Source of the DNA: Bigelowiella natans CCMP2755
Lineage: Eukaryota > Protista > Cercozoa
Length of the DNA stretch: 41,588 nt
Direction of reading: 5' to 3'
Assembly (NCBI GenBank): GCA_000320545.1
Contig: ADNK01003456.1
Coordinates: 1-41,588 of the forward strand
Both the position numbers and the translations under genes were made by a program. A model generated the notes under the pieces. That model was not told where the DNA came from. It ran no database searches and worked only from the letters and a program-made list of their open reading frames with translations. Positions within the stretch are counted from its first letter, which is position 1. Each line of letters starts with the position of its first letter. This document shows positions 1 to 12,303 of this stretch, in pieces.

Positions 1-412
1 GAGGGCACAGACACACGCACATACAAACGGAATATGTATATATATTATATTATATTATATTATATCTTATGTACGTAGTGTAGGCGTGTGTGTATGTGTG
101 TGTGTGTGTGAAATTATATCAATCACCTGCTGTGTCATAAAGATGTCCCTTTGATTGCAGGACCTATCTTCAATGCATCTGGATTGTACTGTGGCTGTTG
201 GGAGAGGTATGGGCACAACCCAAGGACAAGAGAGAGCAATCTTTTTCATGTACACCGAAAGATAAGGGACAGTGGAATTTATCCTTTAGAGCAATCTACA
301 TGTTAAAATATGTTTATGAGTGGCTCATGAAAAGCTGAGCCATCTACATTAACATGCACACTCACACACATACACACACACACACACACATACAAATACA
401 TACATACATACA

Positions 413-459
<47 letters not shown>

Positions 460-699
460 CATGTTGTTTTTGACATTGCCAGATTTTCTTTCTGTGCGCA
501 TCCCGCAAAAAAGAGGTACAACGAGCAATACTTAACTCCTTCGATTTTCTAGTATCCTTCCCTTCAAAGCCTAAGTGCACACTTCATAAAGTCACAAGTA
601 CCTACGGTATGCGGTGTGCATATGTGATGTCTTGAGGGACACGCCATTGAGGGTCACTATTTAATGATGTGAATGTGCAGTCGGAAGCAGCTCCCTAAC

Positions 700-2200
700 T
701 ACCCAGCAACACGCTTAATTTGTGCAAGTGTTTTATACACATGCATGCACATGCACATATTGTCCACAATGATTGCATTCACACAGGAAAAAGTCAGAAT
801 AGAAGGCACCCAGGAAAAGGTCGGACGCGTTGCAAACCTCGCCCTCTGAGGATGGAATGGGAGACACTTCAGGACATGCAGAATGCCCTCTCCCTGCATT
901 AGCTTGCTAGCTGATGATGGATAAATGACATCGACGCTGTGTTGTGATCTAAACCTCCTCAGCTTGTGCATCTGCTCAACAGATGGACACATTGCAGATG
1001 ATTATGATTGTGAAGACGGTAAAGCACCTGGCATTGATCATTGCTTCAAAATCCACACACTGTGCTTGTTGCACATCGAGACATGCCTACGTTCATCCGT
1101 GCATGCTGCGCTGTAGCGTTGCACTTCAACCGGCGCCATTTGCATGAAACATGGAAGCAGCAGCATTCGACTGGGTCCTCTACCACAGTGATGGATGTGA
1201 ACGATAAATTCTCTCTACTTTCATTCTAATCCTACGCTATTGAAGCCGCCATTCAGAGCAGTATGCATCATTGTTTGGATGATAGACACAGCAATGTGGC
1301 ATGTGCAATGCACATGTGTGAGCCAGGCATGAATCCAAGTTTCTTCAAATGCATGGCCTTTGTTCCCTCTTGGCACCAGTTTGTTTTGAAGCTAGATGTA
1401 GCGTTCCGCATGATCGTTTTGCTGTGTGTGTTCAATTTCTTTTTCAGTGTCTGGCTTGTAGCATGTGTTGCAGGGTGTTCCGCTTCAAGCAATTTGGTTG
1501 TGATCAAACTGAGTCGGCGGCACAAGGACACTCTGTTCCATGACCTAGTTGTGTCATGCCATTTGTGTTCTAGCAAAGTTTCAACATGGCATCCGAAGGA
1601 GCTCCAATTGAGCACTTCTTCTTCCACCACGTGACCGTTGCCATCATTTTTGTCCACCCATGCATTGGTGCGCAACCATGCTTTGGTGCATTGAACTTGT
1701 GTGAGATGACGTGGTGGTGATGTTGTCGCTAGCACAAATTGCCAAAGTGTCATGATGTCGGGAGGCAGGGTTGGGGACGTGCAAAGTTCAAGTGCCAGTG
1801 CTGTCCAGTGTGGGTGCAATGGATTTCGGCGCAATCCCGCCAGCGTCGACACGAGTTTGTGTTGCGTCATCATTGATGTTTCCAACAGTCTGGCAGTGTG
1901 CGCGACACGAAGACGTCCGATTGACAACGAGGCAGTGTGATGGCTGTTTGCAAGTGGAGGTTTCAGTTCAGCAGGATGTGGATTTGGGCACAGCGGCATG
2001 CAAACACCCGTGTTCCTTGCAGTCTGCGTGATCGTGCGCACTTTGTTGCCAAAGTGCATTCGCAGTCTGTTTCAGTTTCAAACGACGAAAATGAGGCGCC
2101 ATTGGGGCATGCATCGTGCTGACGCAACGCGCCACCGGATGCAACGTGTTTGCGGATTGTGAGAGTGGCTTGTGACCATGCAATTGCGCAGCAAGATTTT
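700..2200 (-). mobile_element. Degenerate non-LTR retrotransposon-like fragment (3' part of ORF2), hypermutated
   Basis: Intronless and microsatellite-free, unlike host DNA. A 263-codon frame (1268-2059) continues through TGA codons that read as former CGA (KQ*CILL*MAAS). A downstream motif GEGILHVLKCLPFHPQR resembles the E-x-x-H-x-L-x-C-x5-R zinc-knuckle end of LINE ORF2. No RT YADD core was seen, so the class assignment is tentative. Confidence 0.5.
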
Positions 2201-2212
2201 CCTCCACCACAT

Positions 2213-4170
2213 CTAGATGTCATCAACTCTCGCATTGCAAGTGCCCTTCCAGCCTTGCATCACATTGAAATCATTCGCTTCATTCAAACAAGTCGACGAT
2301 TGATGAAAACACAATGAGAAACTGCTAACTGAAGCTGACAGGAAGCATGCCGGACCATGAGCACAGCATGCTGATTTGAATGTCAAGCATCACTTGATTG
2401 ATGCCTTCTGACATTGTTTGCTCGAACACAATCTTCGCAAACAATTGATCAGCCAGCATGCCTCATTGTCCATCTTCCAATTAGAAAACTGTTGAAATCT
2501 CTCTCGTCCTGTGTTGTGAAAGAGTCAAATTGTTTGCTCAACAAAATTCCAGTTAGTTAGTTCGTGCTCTCATTTCATAGTGTTACCTGTATTGTCGTTT
2601 GCGGGCACTTGTCACCAAGACTTAAAACCTTTGCTTGAACCAGCTTGACATGTTTCTCCAATTCGTGCCGATGTGGCCTCAGGAACGCTTTTGCACCGCT
2701 ACATGAAGAAAAGAAGATCATGATTAATCACAGAGTTTGCAAGGTCACCATGACAACAAAAAGTTGCTCATTACTCTCAAGGGCAATAGCAACAATAGAA
2801 TTTGATTTGTAGCGGAGAAGAAATCATGTCACCAGCATTGAATATCATGCTCTTAGTTGTCTCTTTGATATTACAGTAGAAATGTCTCTGCATCAATCTC
2901 GGAACCTGTGAATACCTGATAGAAAAAAATAATATTGCTCATGGGAGAACACATTGAAATGTTCATTTGGTGTCCAAACATGAAGTTGCAGATAGTTTTA
3001 CGTTGGTCTCTGCAGGAAGTGAACATAGGACTCGCAAGGAACGCCACATATCCTTCCTTTTTGCTTCTCCGCTCTAGGTACATGTTATTTGCATTTAAGT
3101 ATTGTATCGTTAGCTTATGCACAGTTGCAAATTATACAGTAAAGGAAATTGGCAAGTATACACTCAATATCATACGATAAAGCTAAGCATTTACAAACGC
3201 TTAATATAATTTCTTGTTTATGAAATACTATCATCACCACCACCTCAACAGATAAGTATGTATTATTGATTAAAACATAGGCCAAACCGAACGGCCGAGC
3301 CCCATCGTGTGTAGCGCATCGCCAGTGAAAACTATGATATAAATCACCACATATAGATGGCGATCCAGTAAAAAAGTAATCTCAAACGATTCAGAACTTC
3401 TCGATGATATGAGTATACGTTTCTGCATATTTCACTTAAAACCTTAAAACCCCTCATACTTTTTCTCACAAGAATCTCTAGGATATTTCTTCAGTGTGGC
3501 ATTAGCATGCACTTATCTGCCTCAACACTACCGATTATCAATCTTAGGTACTAATTTAAAAAACAAAACGCTATTTGATGGTCATAATATTCTTCTTTCT
3601 TATATTCTGTTCTATGTACTTTGTGGGGACCAATGTCTTTCTTTTTTACAGAGTGATTTTAATAATATTCAATTGATAAACAAGAAATGTACTACTACAT
3701 TTATTATTACTAGCATTACCTATGTTCTTAGCTGGGATCCAAAAAGCTACATGGTCCCTAGTATGACCGGGTACTCCAATTACATAAATCTGATTGGTGT
3801 GGGTATCATCCATAAACATTATGAAAAAGCTTAGGCAGATAATACAACAAAGCAATATGTGTAGAACATCGTCAATGTCATGTATTGGTAATAAAGTACA
3901 ACAACACGGAGAGGTAATAGCAGTACCTTGAGTGAGGTTGAGACGCTGCTGTCGAGCTTATTACTTCCATGATGATCCTCTTCATCATTTTCATAATTAA
4001 TACCCAACTTATTGTGATCTACTGCCGGGCAAGCTGAAGCAATGTTAATGATGTCTCCGTTCGTCACATATTGATCATATTGGTACTGCTTCTGTTTTTC
4101 CACAAATGCCTTCAAATGAAAAACAAAAAACATATACTAAAAATACGAAAACGATTGCACAATGTATATG

Positions 4171-4205
<35 letters not shown>

Positions 4206-4267
4206 AAATTCGTCATCCATATTGGTCATAAGTAATGGTGGTACACATATACACACAAACACACAAA

Positions 4268-4309
<42 letters not shown>

Positions 4310-4591
4310 CTAGTTCGAGTAATATTTACTTTGGTAGCAGTCACAAATGTTAAACATAGAACTAACCTCCTTGTCATCTGGATGGAAGGGAAATTTTGCC
4401 CATTCCTACGTTAGCAATATATTACTTGTTGTTTATACAGCAGGTAGAAATTAAATCAAAGTTGTTCAATTTATTACAAAAAGTGCAGCAACCACAGTAG
4501 TATAAAACCTTAAATGAGCTTGAATTCATATCTTTCACATTTATTCCCTTTAATTTGATACACACGATCATTATATGAGAGTTTTTGAGAT

Positions 4592-4642
<51 letters not shown>

Positions 4643-5599
4643 CTCTTCAAGTTTATTATAATAAATAAATGGCATAACCCGCCGAGCGAAATGTAATATT
4701 GTTCTCACCAACCTCAGCTAAGAATCTGTCAACAACGTCTTCTTCCTATTTGGTAAAATAACAATTAATAAGTATAATAATAATAATAATCATAATGAAA
4801 ATAATAATGATGATACTTCTTCATGTGTGACCACTAACAGCAATTAATGAATCGGACAAATGAATAAATACCAAAGGCGGAGGCCAAAAAGTCGGTGGTG
4901 ACTCAGATGTTCGGTTTTTGTTAAAGTATTCCATCGTCAACTTCATCCTTTTTTAGAAGTCCAAAGTACATAAATTAGCAATAATGCAAAAATCCTTGAT
5001 GTTGTACATTTCGTGAGATATTATAGTATAAATTTAGTTAAAGCATAATTTTTCCATTCAGGAAATAGACTAATTAAAACAACCTGAATGGCTGGTAATT
5101 CGCCGTTGCAACATGATTTATTTCGTCAAGAGTTTCCTGTGAAAAAATACGATACATAATACATAATATCATTTATTAACATAGAAGTTACTCTTTACGG
5201 GTACGAAAAGCAAAATAAATTGTTACTTGTACCTGTGTTACTAATCCCTTAGGAATCCTAACTCTCTTGGCAAACAAAGGCCTGAAAGCGTATCAAAATC
5301 AAAGAACAATCTTCTTTCACTTTTGCGGTGATATTCACCCCCCAAATATCTTAATGTTGGCATAACATATGCTGCAAATATTATGTTAGTAATTGTTTCG
5401 CTACTCACTCAACGCAAGGTGTATTATTATCATTCTGCCAAGAAATATCATCCGGAGAGCTTGGCTAAACATTTACAAATAAACGTAATATGCGCAGACA
5501 AGAATGACAAGATGATGTAAATAAATACCTTTTGATTATCGAGGCACGTGTACATGAAACATGTTTAATAGATGTACGCAAATTTTTAATGTCACAAGG

Positions 5600-5639
<40 letters not shown>

Positions 5640-6727
5640 AGGCTATAATAGTAGTAACAAATATAATAATAACAATATTAATGATAATAATAAACTAAAA
5701 GGCACCTCATCGGATAAATCCATTTCTAATGCTCTTGTCCATGATGATGATTCCATGGGATTTGACTGCACATGAATGGTAATCTCTTCTTCTTTACCAT
5801 TTTCATCATTTTCCATTAATGATGATGACGATGATGACGATGATGATAAGGATTTATTGCACGTCGTTTCCTCCTCCTCCTTCTTCTTCTTCTTCATCTT
5901 TGCAATGTGAGCTGCTTGGAATGGATCTCCAGAGTCCACTGGTCCTAAATACACGATGTTTCGAAAACAGAGAGAGAAAGAGAGACAGAGACAGAGAGAG
6001 AGAGATGAGACGTGGAGCAGTTAGTGAGATAATTAAGAAATACAGAAAATAGAGAACATACTTATATTATAATTAGTAGACTAAGAAGTCTGAGATATTA
6101 TTTGTAACGTCGATGACTCTGATGAAGACGACGATGATGACGTGTATGTACTGGTAGAAAATAAGTAGCAATAAAATATAAAGACAATTATGCACAAAAG
6201 AAAGAACGCAGCGAAGGAAAAAACTCCCTGGATTATATTCTTATCTCCTTATAGACCACGATTATATATTCTCCCTGCTGCTGCCTTGAACATGCTACAT
6301 CATCGTATATTTGGTTTTCTCTTGAAGTATTATCATAAATCACGATCATATGGTGAAATACCAATGATCAGCGGTTCAAATATGGTTGATTTCTTCATTC
6401 CTTCTCCTTTTCGTTTTCCTCTTTGCCCCTCCCGTATTTCATTCGGTTGATGATATTGCTGCGTCTCTTGGTGCTCTAGTTGTTTCCTTCGAGGGGAGGT
6501 AGTATACATCAGCTTTAATGCCCTTGCACCGTCAGAGCGGTGATGATGGGTTATTAGGATCAAATCGATCTGAAGTGTGATAAAATGAATAAGTAAATGC
6601 AACGTGCATTATACGAGAGCCGCCCCGTCTCATATTGTTTTAGAATAACACACAACAATTTACCACAAATTCTAATAAAATTTAATAACACAGAGAATGT
6701 GAAGGTGGTAAAAAAAATTGACTGATG

Positions 6728-6762
<35 letters not shown>

Positions 6763-6880
6763 AATAGAATATTAATTCTTTTTGTGTTCAGATTGTGATT
6801 GCTGTTCATATCATTTTCAAAATAATGATATATTAATTTTATGAAATAAAACAATGTACATACAAATTAATAAATAATGC

Positions 6881-6916
<36 letters not shown>

Positions 6917-7288
6917 TTTCTATATATATTATAATGTTTATGCACTGATATGTATGTGCGCACGTGTTCGATTTCATGACTGGATAAAGCACGACGCATT
7001 GTCTCCGCGTCGTCAGGAGGATCAATCACTAAGTAGCAACCGGATAGAGAACAGCAGTGTAATAATTTATTATTTTACATAATCAGGAAGAAGAATAAGA
7101 AGAGATCAGAAAAGAAGAAAGCTAACATCATCAACCAACATCGTCGTTATCATAATGATAATCATACATCATATGAAAAACCATTATGTACGTCATAAAT
7201 GATGATGATGATGATGATGATGATGATAATGATGATAATGACCTACAACAAGTCCTGATCTATCATCGTGGTAGATCCATGAGCAAAG
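2213..7288 (-). CDS. Divergent hydroxyacylglutathione hydrolase (glyoxalase II)-like metallo-beta-lactamase-fold protein, multi-exon, 5' end unresolved
   Basis: Phase-consistent spliced exons give the glyoxalase II motifs in order: CSWIYHDDRSGLVVVIDPPDDA, IDLILITHHHRSDGARALK (exon from 6569), PLIIGP, DQYVTNGDII, VIGVPGHTRDHVAFWIP (about 3721-3789), VFTGDALHTMGLGR (about 3290-3330), MWRSLRVLCSLPAETN, VFTGSEID (2875-2915), ...GDKCPQTTIQ (2587-2698), DERDFNSFL (2462-2508). Exons 2330-2370 and 2277-2213 (TAG) complete it. The last two exons are less certain. Confidence 0.75.
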
Positions 7289-9493
7289 CTAATTAATTGA
7301 TTGATTGATTGTGCTATGCAGGTATTAAATATCTGTGAAAAAAAAACGCGCGCGCGCGCGCGCGCACACACACACACAAACACACACACACACAAATCTA
7401 CAAATGAATAAACAAGTATATACCTCATCCCAAAATAATTACAAAATATTCTGCAGTGTATTGTTAAAGCATCAATGGAACTACTACTACAAATGGTATT
7501 GCTAAGAAATTTTCCCTTATCACTGGACTACCATTACCCCTACTACTACTAGATAGAGATTACATAGTTATCCTCATATCTAATCTCTATCACTATCATT
7601 ATTATTGTCACTATTTCTTCTCATCATCTCTAATCTCTTTTACTACTATTGTTGTCGCCTCCTTCTACTACCACCACTACTACTACTACTACTACTATAT
7701 ATTGCACGCGGTAACCAACTACTACTTCCCTAAACTTCGTACCTACCTCAGGATCTTGAAAATTTCTTTTGTCAAAGGAGATGATAGATCTCTTAGCCAC
7801 TAAGAGCGAATGAAATGACATACCAACCAGCAGATTGTTGTTACAACCAGTTGTTGTTGTTGTTGTTGTTGTTGTTGTTATGGGGCATGACGGTGTTTCC
7901 TTAAACACACGCATTTGCATAAATAAATGCATAACGCACAGTATCTTATAAACATGTATATTGATTCCAAATGATGAAATATCTCCTCCCTTTCTTTCTC
8001 GATATGACAAACACCACTATACTACACAAAAATGATGTTTTTATTATTACATTTTGAGATTCTATTACTGTTTTTTGTATTATGCAGTTGGTTGTGATTT
8101 AAGAATACTTTGTGGCGGTTTCATCATCCTCTAGACAGCAGAATAACAATAGCCTCTCTCACGCACCTTCCTCTTCGTAGTCTTCATTATTATTAGCTCC
8201 TCCGCCGTTGCTCGCACCACCAACTTTTGTAGTAGTATCGAAGTAGTCATCTTCAGATCTAGTATCACTGAACTCTCCAAGCTTCATTGCCTGATCAGGA
8301 TATTTAGACAGATAGTATTGCTCAACTCTAACTGCCTGATCAGGACATTTATACACATTTCAATACTACATCAACATCGCTGCCACCCTGTACCTATGAA
8401 TATTGACAATAAGCGTATAATAACTAATCCGGCCAATAAATAGAATATAAGCAAACATGCGTGTATATTATCCTCCCCCTCCTCCTCATCATCTTTTTTT
8501 ATGCTGGCTCTTTCAGATTTTCTACCACCCTTTCAAGTTTATCGCCCAGTAGGTTTCCTTCTTCTTTATTTTCGGTTTCATGCCTTCCTCTTGCACTTCG
8601 CCGATGGGTCAATTTGAACAGTTAATTAATGAATAAATAATAAAAGTTGTACAATTAGTATGTAAAAACATGCAGACAGCCGACTACTTCAGAGGATGAT
8701 TTTCAATCACAAAGTTGCTCTTCTTCCGCAATTATTTAGTTATTTCTCAGATGCACTTTATTTTGTAGATTCCATTTTTTAAAATTATAACAAAATTATT
8801 ATGCTATCATATCTTAAGCATGTGAATGAAATTAAATAGTTCTAATCAGTTCCGCAGTATAGATTCTTAGTTTTACTTTGCGCCTTTCGCTTCTTGCTGC
8901 TGTTGAGATGATTCATCTTTCTCATTTGCTAGAAATCGTGTAAGTCTAATTGATCAAAAACGATTTAAAGATATTGATAATTAATTGTAATATCGTTCTT
9001 TGCCAAAATGGCTCTATCAGACTGACACTTTAGTGTGAGGACAGGATGGATGATTAGATGAGCGCAACTGTATTGTAAATGTGTACTATTACTATTACTA
9101 CTACTACTACTACTACGACTACAAGAACGGATGGTATTCAAATTTTGTGAAGATTGAATATCAACTTTAATGATGAAGAAATTCACTCACTCACCGTTTA
9201 AAATTCATAAGGGTCCCTTTCAGTGGACTTGAAAGACCGCCCTTTACACAGTACACTTGTACTGGCAGTATGCAAGAAAATATATGTAGTAACAGCAATC
9301 TCAATTTTCCTTCTGCTCATAACATAGCCAGTAATCTTTAGTATTCTTTTCCTTGTGATAAGTGTTAATTAGCAATTACCACAAGGAGGCAATAACCCTT
9401 CTTTTCGCTTTGGAAGAAACCTTTTTTATTATGAGTTGAATACAGCAGCAGCAGCACTGTTATCACCCTGCATCCACAACATACAAACCACTA

Positions 9494-9526
<33 letters not shown>

Positions 9527-9818
9527 AACTATCACCACTACTACTCCTAAAATAATGATGATGATGATGAGGATGCTGATAATTCACGATTTCTTTATAC
9601 CATTTTGTCAGCGATCCCCATGGATTGTTCTCTTCCTCAATCCTGCTTTTATCATTGGTATTTTCCTTATATTTTGTCTTTCTTCCATTTTTTATCCTCA
9701 AAATCTCCCCATTTGCGGTATTGCCTGCTTGATCTCTTTCATCGTGGGTCAAATGTTGCTAATAGAAAGTACAAATGATTTAGCACTTATCAATGAATAA
9801 CAAAATTATGAAATATAG

Positions 9819-9900
<82 letters not shown>

Positions 9901-10140
9901 ATAAGTGTATATACAATTTACTTAAGATTTTATTTATTTTAAAGCTGATCTGGATGCTCTACTTGCATGATAAAGGAAAACAAAAGGTATGTAACATTCA
10001 AAATTTTAGATTTATCTAAAGTTTATTCACACTACTACTACAATGTTTCGTACTTGATGATTATAATTACAGGAATTAAAGAAAGAAAAGAACATTATTA
10101 ACTGCGAATTTCGAAGTATTGAATAATGAATGGGTTGTGA
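7289..10140 (-). CDS. Probable additional coding exons upstream of the glyoxalase II-like domain (unresolved)
   Basis: Several AG/GT-bounded coding-like blocks, e.g. QHLTHDERDQAGN...NPWGSLTKW (about 9600-9758), AMKLGEFSDTRSEDDYFD (about 8165-8290) and WLRDLSSPLTKEIFKILR (about 7747-7800). The phases could not all be linked by hand. Confidence 0.4.
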
Positions 10141-10144
10141 CATT

Positions 10145-11336
10145 TTATTCATCTAAAGAATATTCCACTACTTCAGCGCCCTGATCTTCTTCTTCCTCTC
10201 TATTTTCCGCATTTGTTATTATCACCCACAACCATTATTTTTATAATAATAATATCCAATACTTACCTCCAACCGGCAACGACGGAGCAAATTATGTCCC
10301 CAAAATACAGGGGATACAGCCTCAATTCCATTCCAACCCCATCCATCCATCCATCCATCAACCAATTAATCATCACACAACACAGCAACGTATTAGTAAG
10401 TTTAAAGTTGAGTAATCCTACTCAGTTATTATCAATCAACATTTAGATGATGTGAGTAATAATGAATAAGAAATGAATTTGATTGAATTTATAAAGTTCT
10501 GAAAGAGGGCTCCTTTTTCGTATAATTAGTGTATATTTAGAATTGAATATAGAAGAAGACGGAAGGAGAATATGCTATTTTGTGCCTTTTTTCTTCTCTA
10601 CTTTAAGATGACGACATCAATCATCATTTAAATAAAGAACTAGAAACCATCTTGCTCGTTCGAAATACATGAATCCACTCACAAACCGTACGTACGTACA
10701 CACAGGGAATGATCATCACACGTACTAGAAGGATGATCAAACATTATGATTTATTCATTGTTTTGCAGGATGATGACTGATAGTACGTAGTCTTCAATCG
10801 CATCGCCCTCCTCTCCTCCTCCTCGTGCACTTCGGTAAATATCTCTAAGAATATCGTCATGATGGGACGAGGAGGTGTAGTTACTCTCTCCATAGAAAAA
10901 TGATGCCTCGGTGCTTTCAAAATTATCATTGGATTTTGATGATGATAATGATGATGATGATGATGGTGATGATGATGTAATTCTTGGCAGCAACGATGGC
11001 GGCTGTAAGCTGGACGACGAAGAGGAAGTTTGAACTAGCTTCTGCTGCTGCTGCTGCTGCTGCTTCAGGCGACGAATTTGATTTGATTCAGCTTCGTTTT
11101 CTAGTTCTCCCTCCTTCCCCATTACTTTAATTTCTTTGTTACCTACATAAACACCAGTGCTGCTTCCTAGACCACAGCCGTCCTTCTTCTTCTTCTTCTC
11201 TTCATTTTCCATATATTTCCACAAATGACGTTCCAGTGAAGGGGTTAGGAATGCCAAATCCTCCTGATATATTTATGTTACGAAGAAGGAAGATAAAAAA
11301 GAAAGATTTGGCTATTTAAGATGGATGGTGATGATG

Positions 11337-11367
<31 letters not shown>

Positions 11368-12248
11368 ATTCCGACGATGGAGATAAGGGATGATAAACTT
11401 TTGTGAGTGCAACAATCGATAAAAGAAGATATTGTCAATTTGGTATCACAGATATATTTATAATATATTACATTAAGGTATGTTTATCATCATTATTTTA
11501 TGTGTTAATTACCACATATGAATTCAAGTTCAGATGTACTTATAATATGCGGTGGTGATGTAAACTAACTTCATATGTTCAAACTACTACTACAACTACA
11601 ATCACATCATTACTGCATGTTACCTTGTATATATTGACCATTATCATCATCATCATCATCATCATCATCATATGCAGCATTGATATTCTTCCTTTAATTT
11701 TTAAATTATGATGAAGCACATCATCACATGCATTGATAATTGTTAAATTATGATGAGAAGAAGCACCTCCCGAAAATTTTTGCCTGGTTCCCCTGGGAAA
11801 TAGACCTTGAATACAATTAAATAATAACAATTAACTCCAGGCTGGAACTAGACCTTGGAGACAATTAAATAATAACAATAACATTAATGTAGTAAGTAGC
11901 AGTAGTAGCAGTAGTTCTAGTAACAACGACCCAACCACAAAGGAAGAACAAGGAAAACAAGAAGAAGAGATAAAGAGAGGAGGAAGAACATATGAGGCAG
12001 ACTCCGTATCTTGCAACAACATGTTCTTCCTCCCCCCTCCTTCTTCATCATTATACATCATGTTTCAAAGATCACCCACTACCTTAATACTACTATTACT
12101 ATTTTTGAAATACGCTTAGTTTGAAATACGCTTAAGAGAACTTTTTCTTCCATGTTCCCCCCCTTTTTCTTCCTTTCCCTTTTTCACCATGTATTCACTA
12201 TTCTCACCTTCTACGCTTCCCCTCCCCTTCTCCCTTATATTTTCACTG

Positions 12249-12303
<55 letters not shown>

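Noticed and set aside
699-2235. Many overlapping ORFs on both strands as real genes
   Set aside because: Loss of TpA removes TAA and TAG stops in all frames, which inflates ORFs. The same applies to 31962-33532.
2215-2510. VDDI and DF motifs as a reverse transcriptase core
   Set aside because: Better explained as terminal exons of the glyoxalase II-like gene (TTIQ-DERDFNSFL matches the STI-EE-NPFL motif), with splice sites in phase.
1621-2520. CpG methylation decay or classical RIP as the main cause of TG/CA excess
   Set aside because: CpG remains common and TpA, the RIP product, is the missing dinucleotide. A few CGA->TGA changes suggest only a minor CpG contribution.
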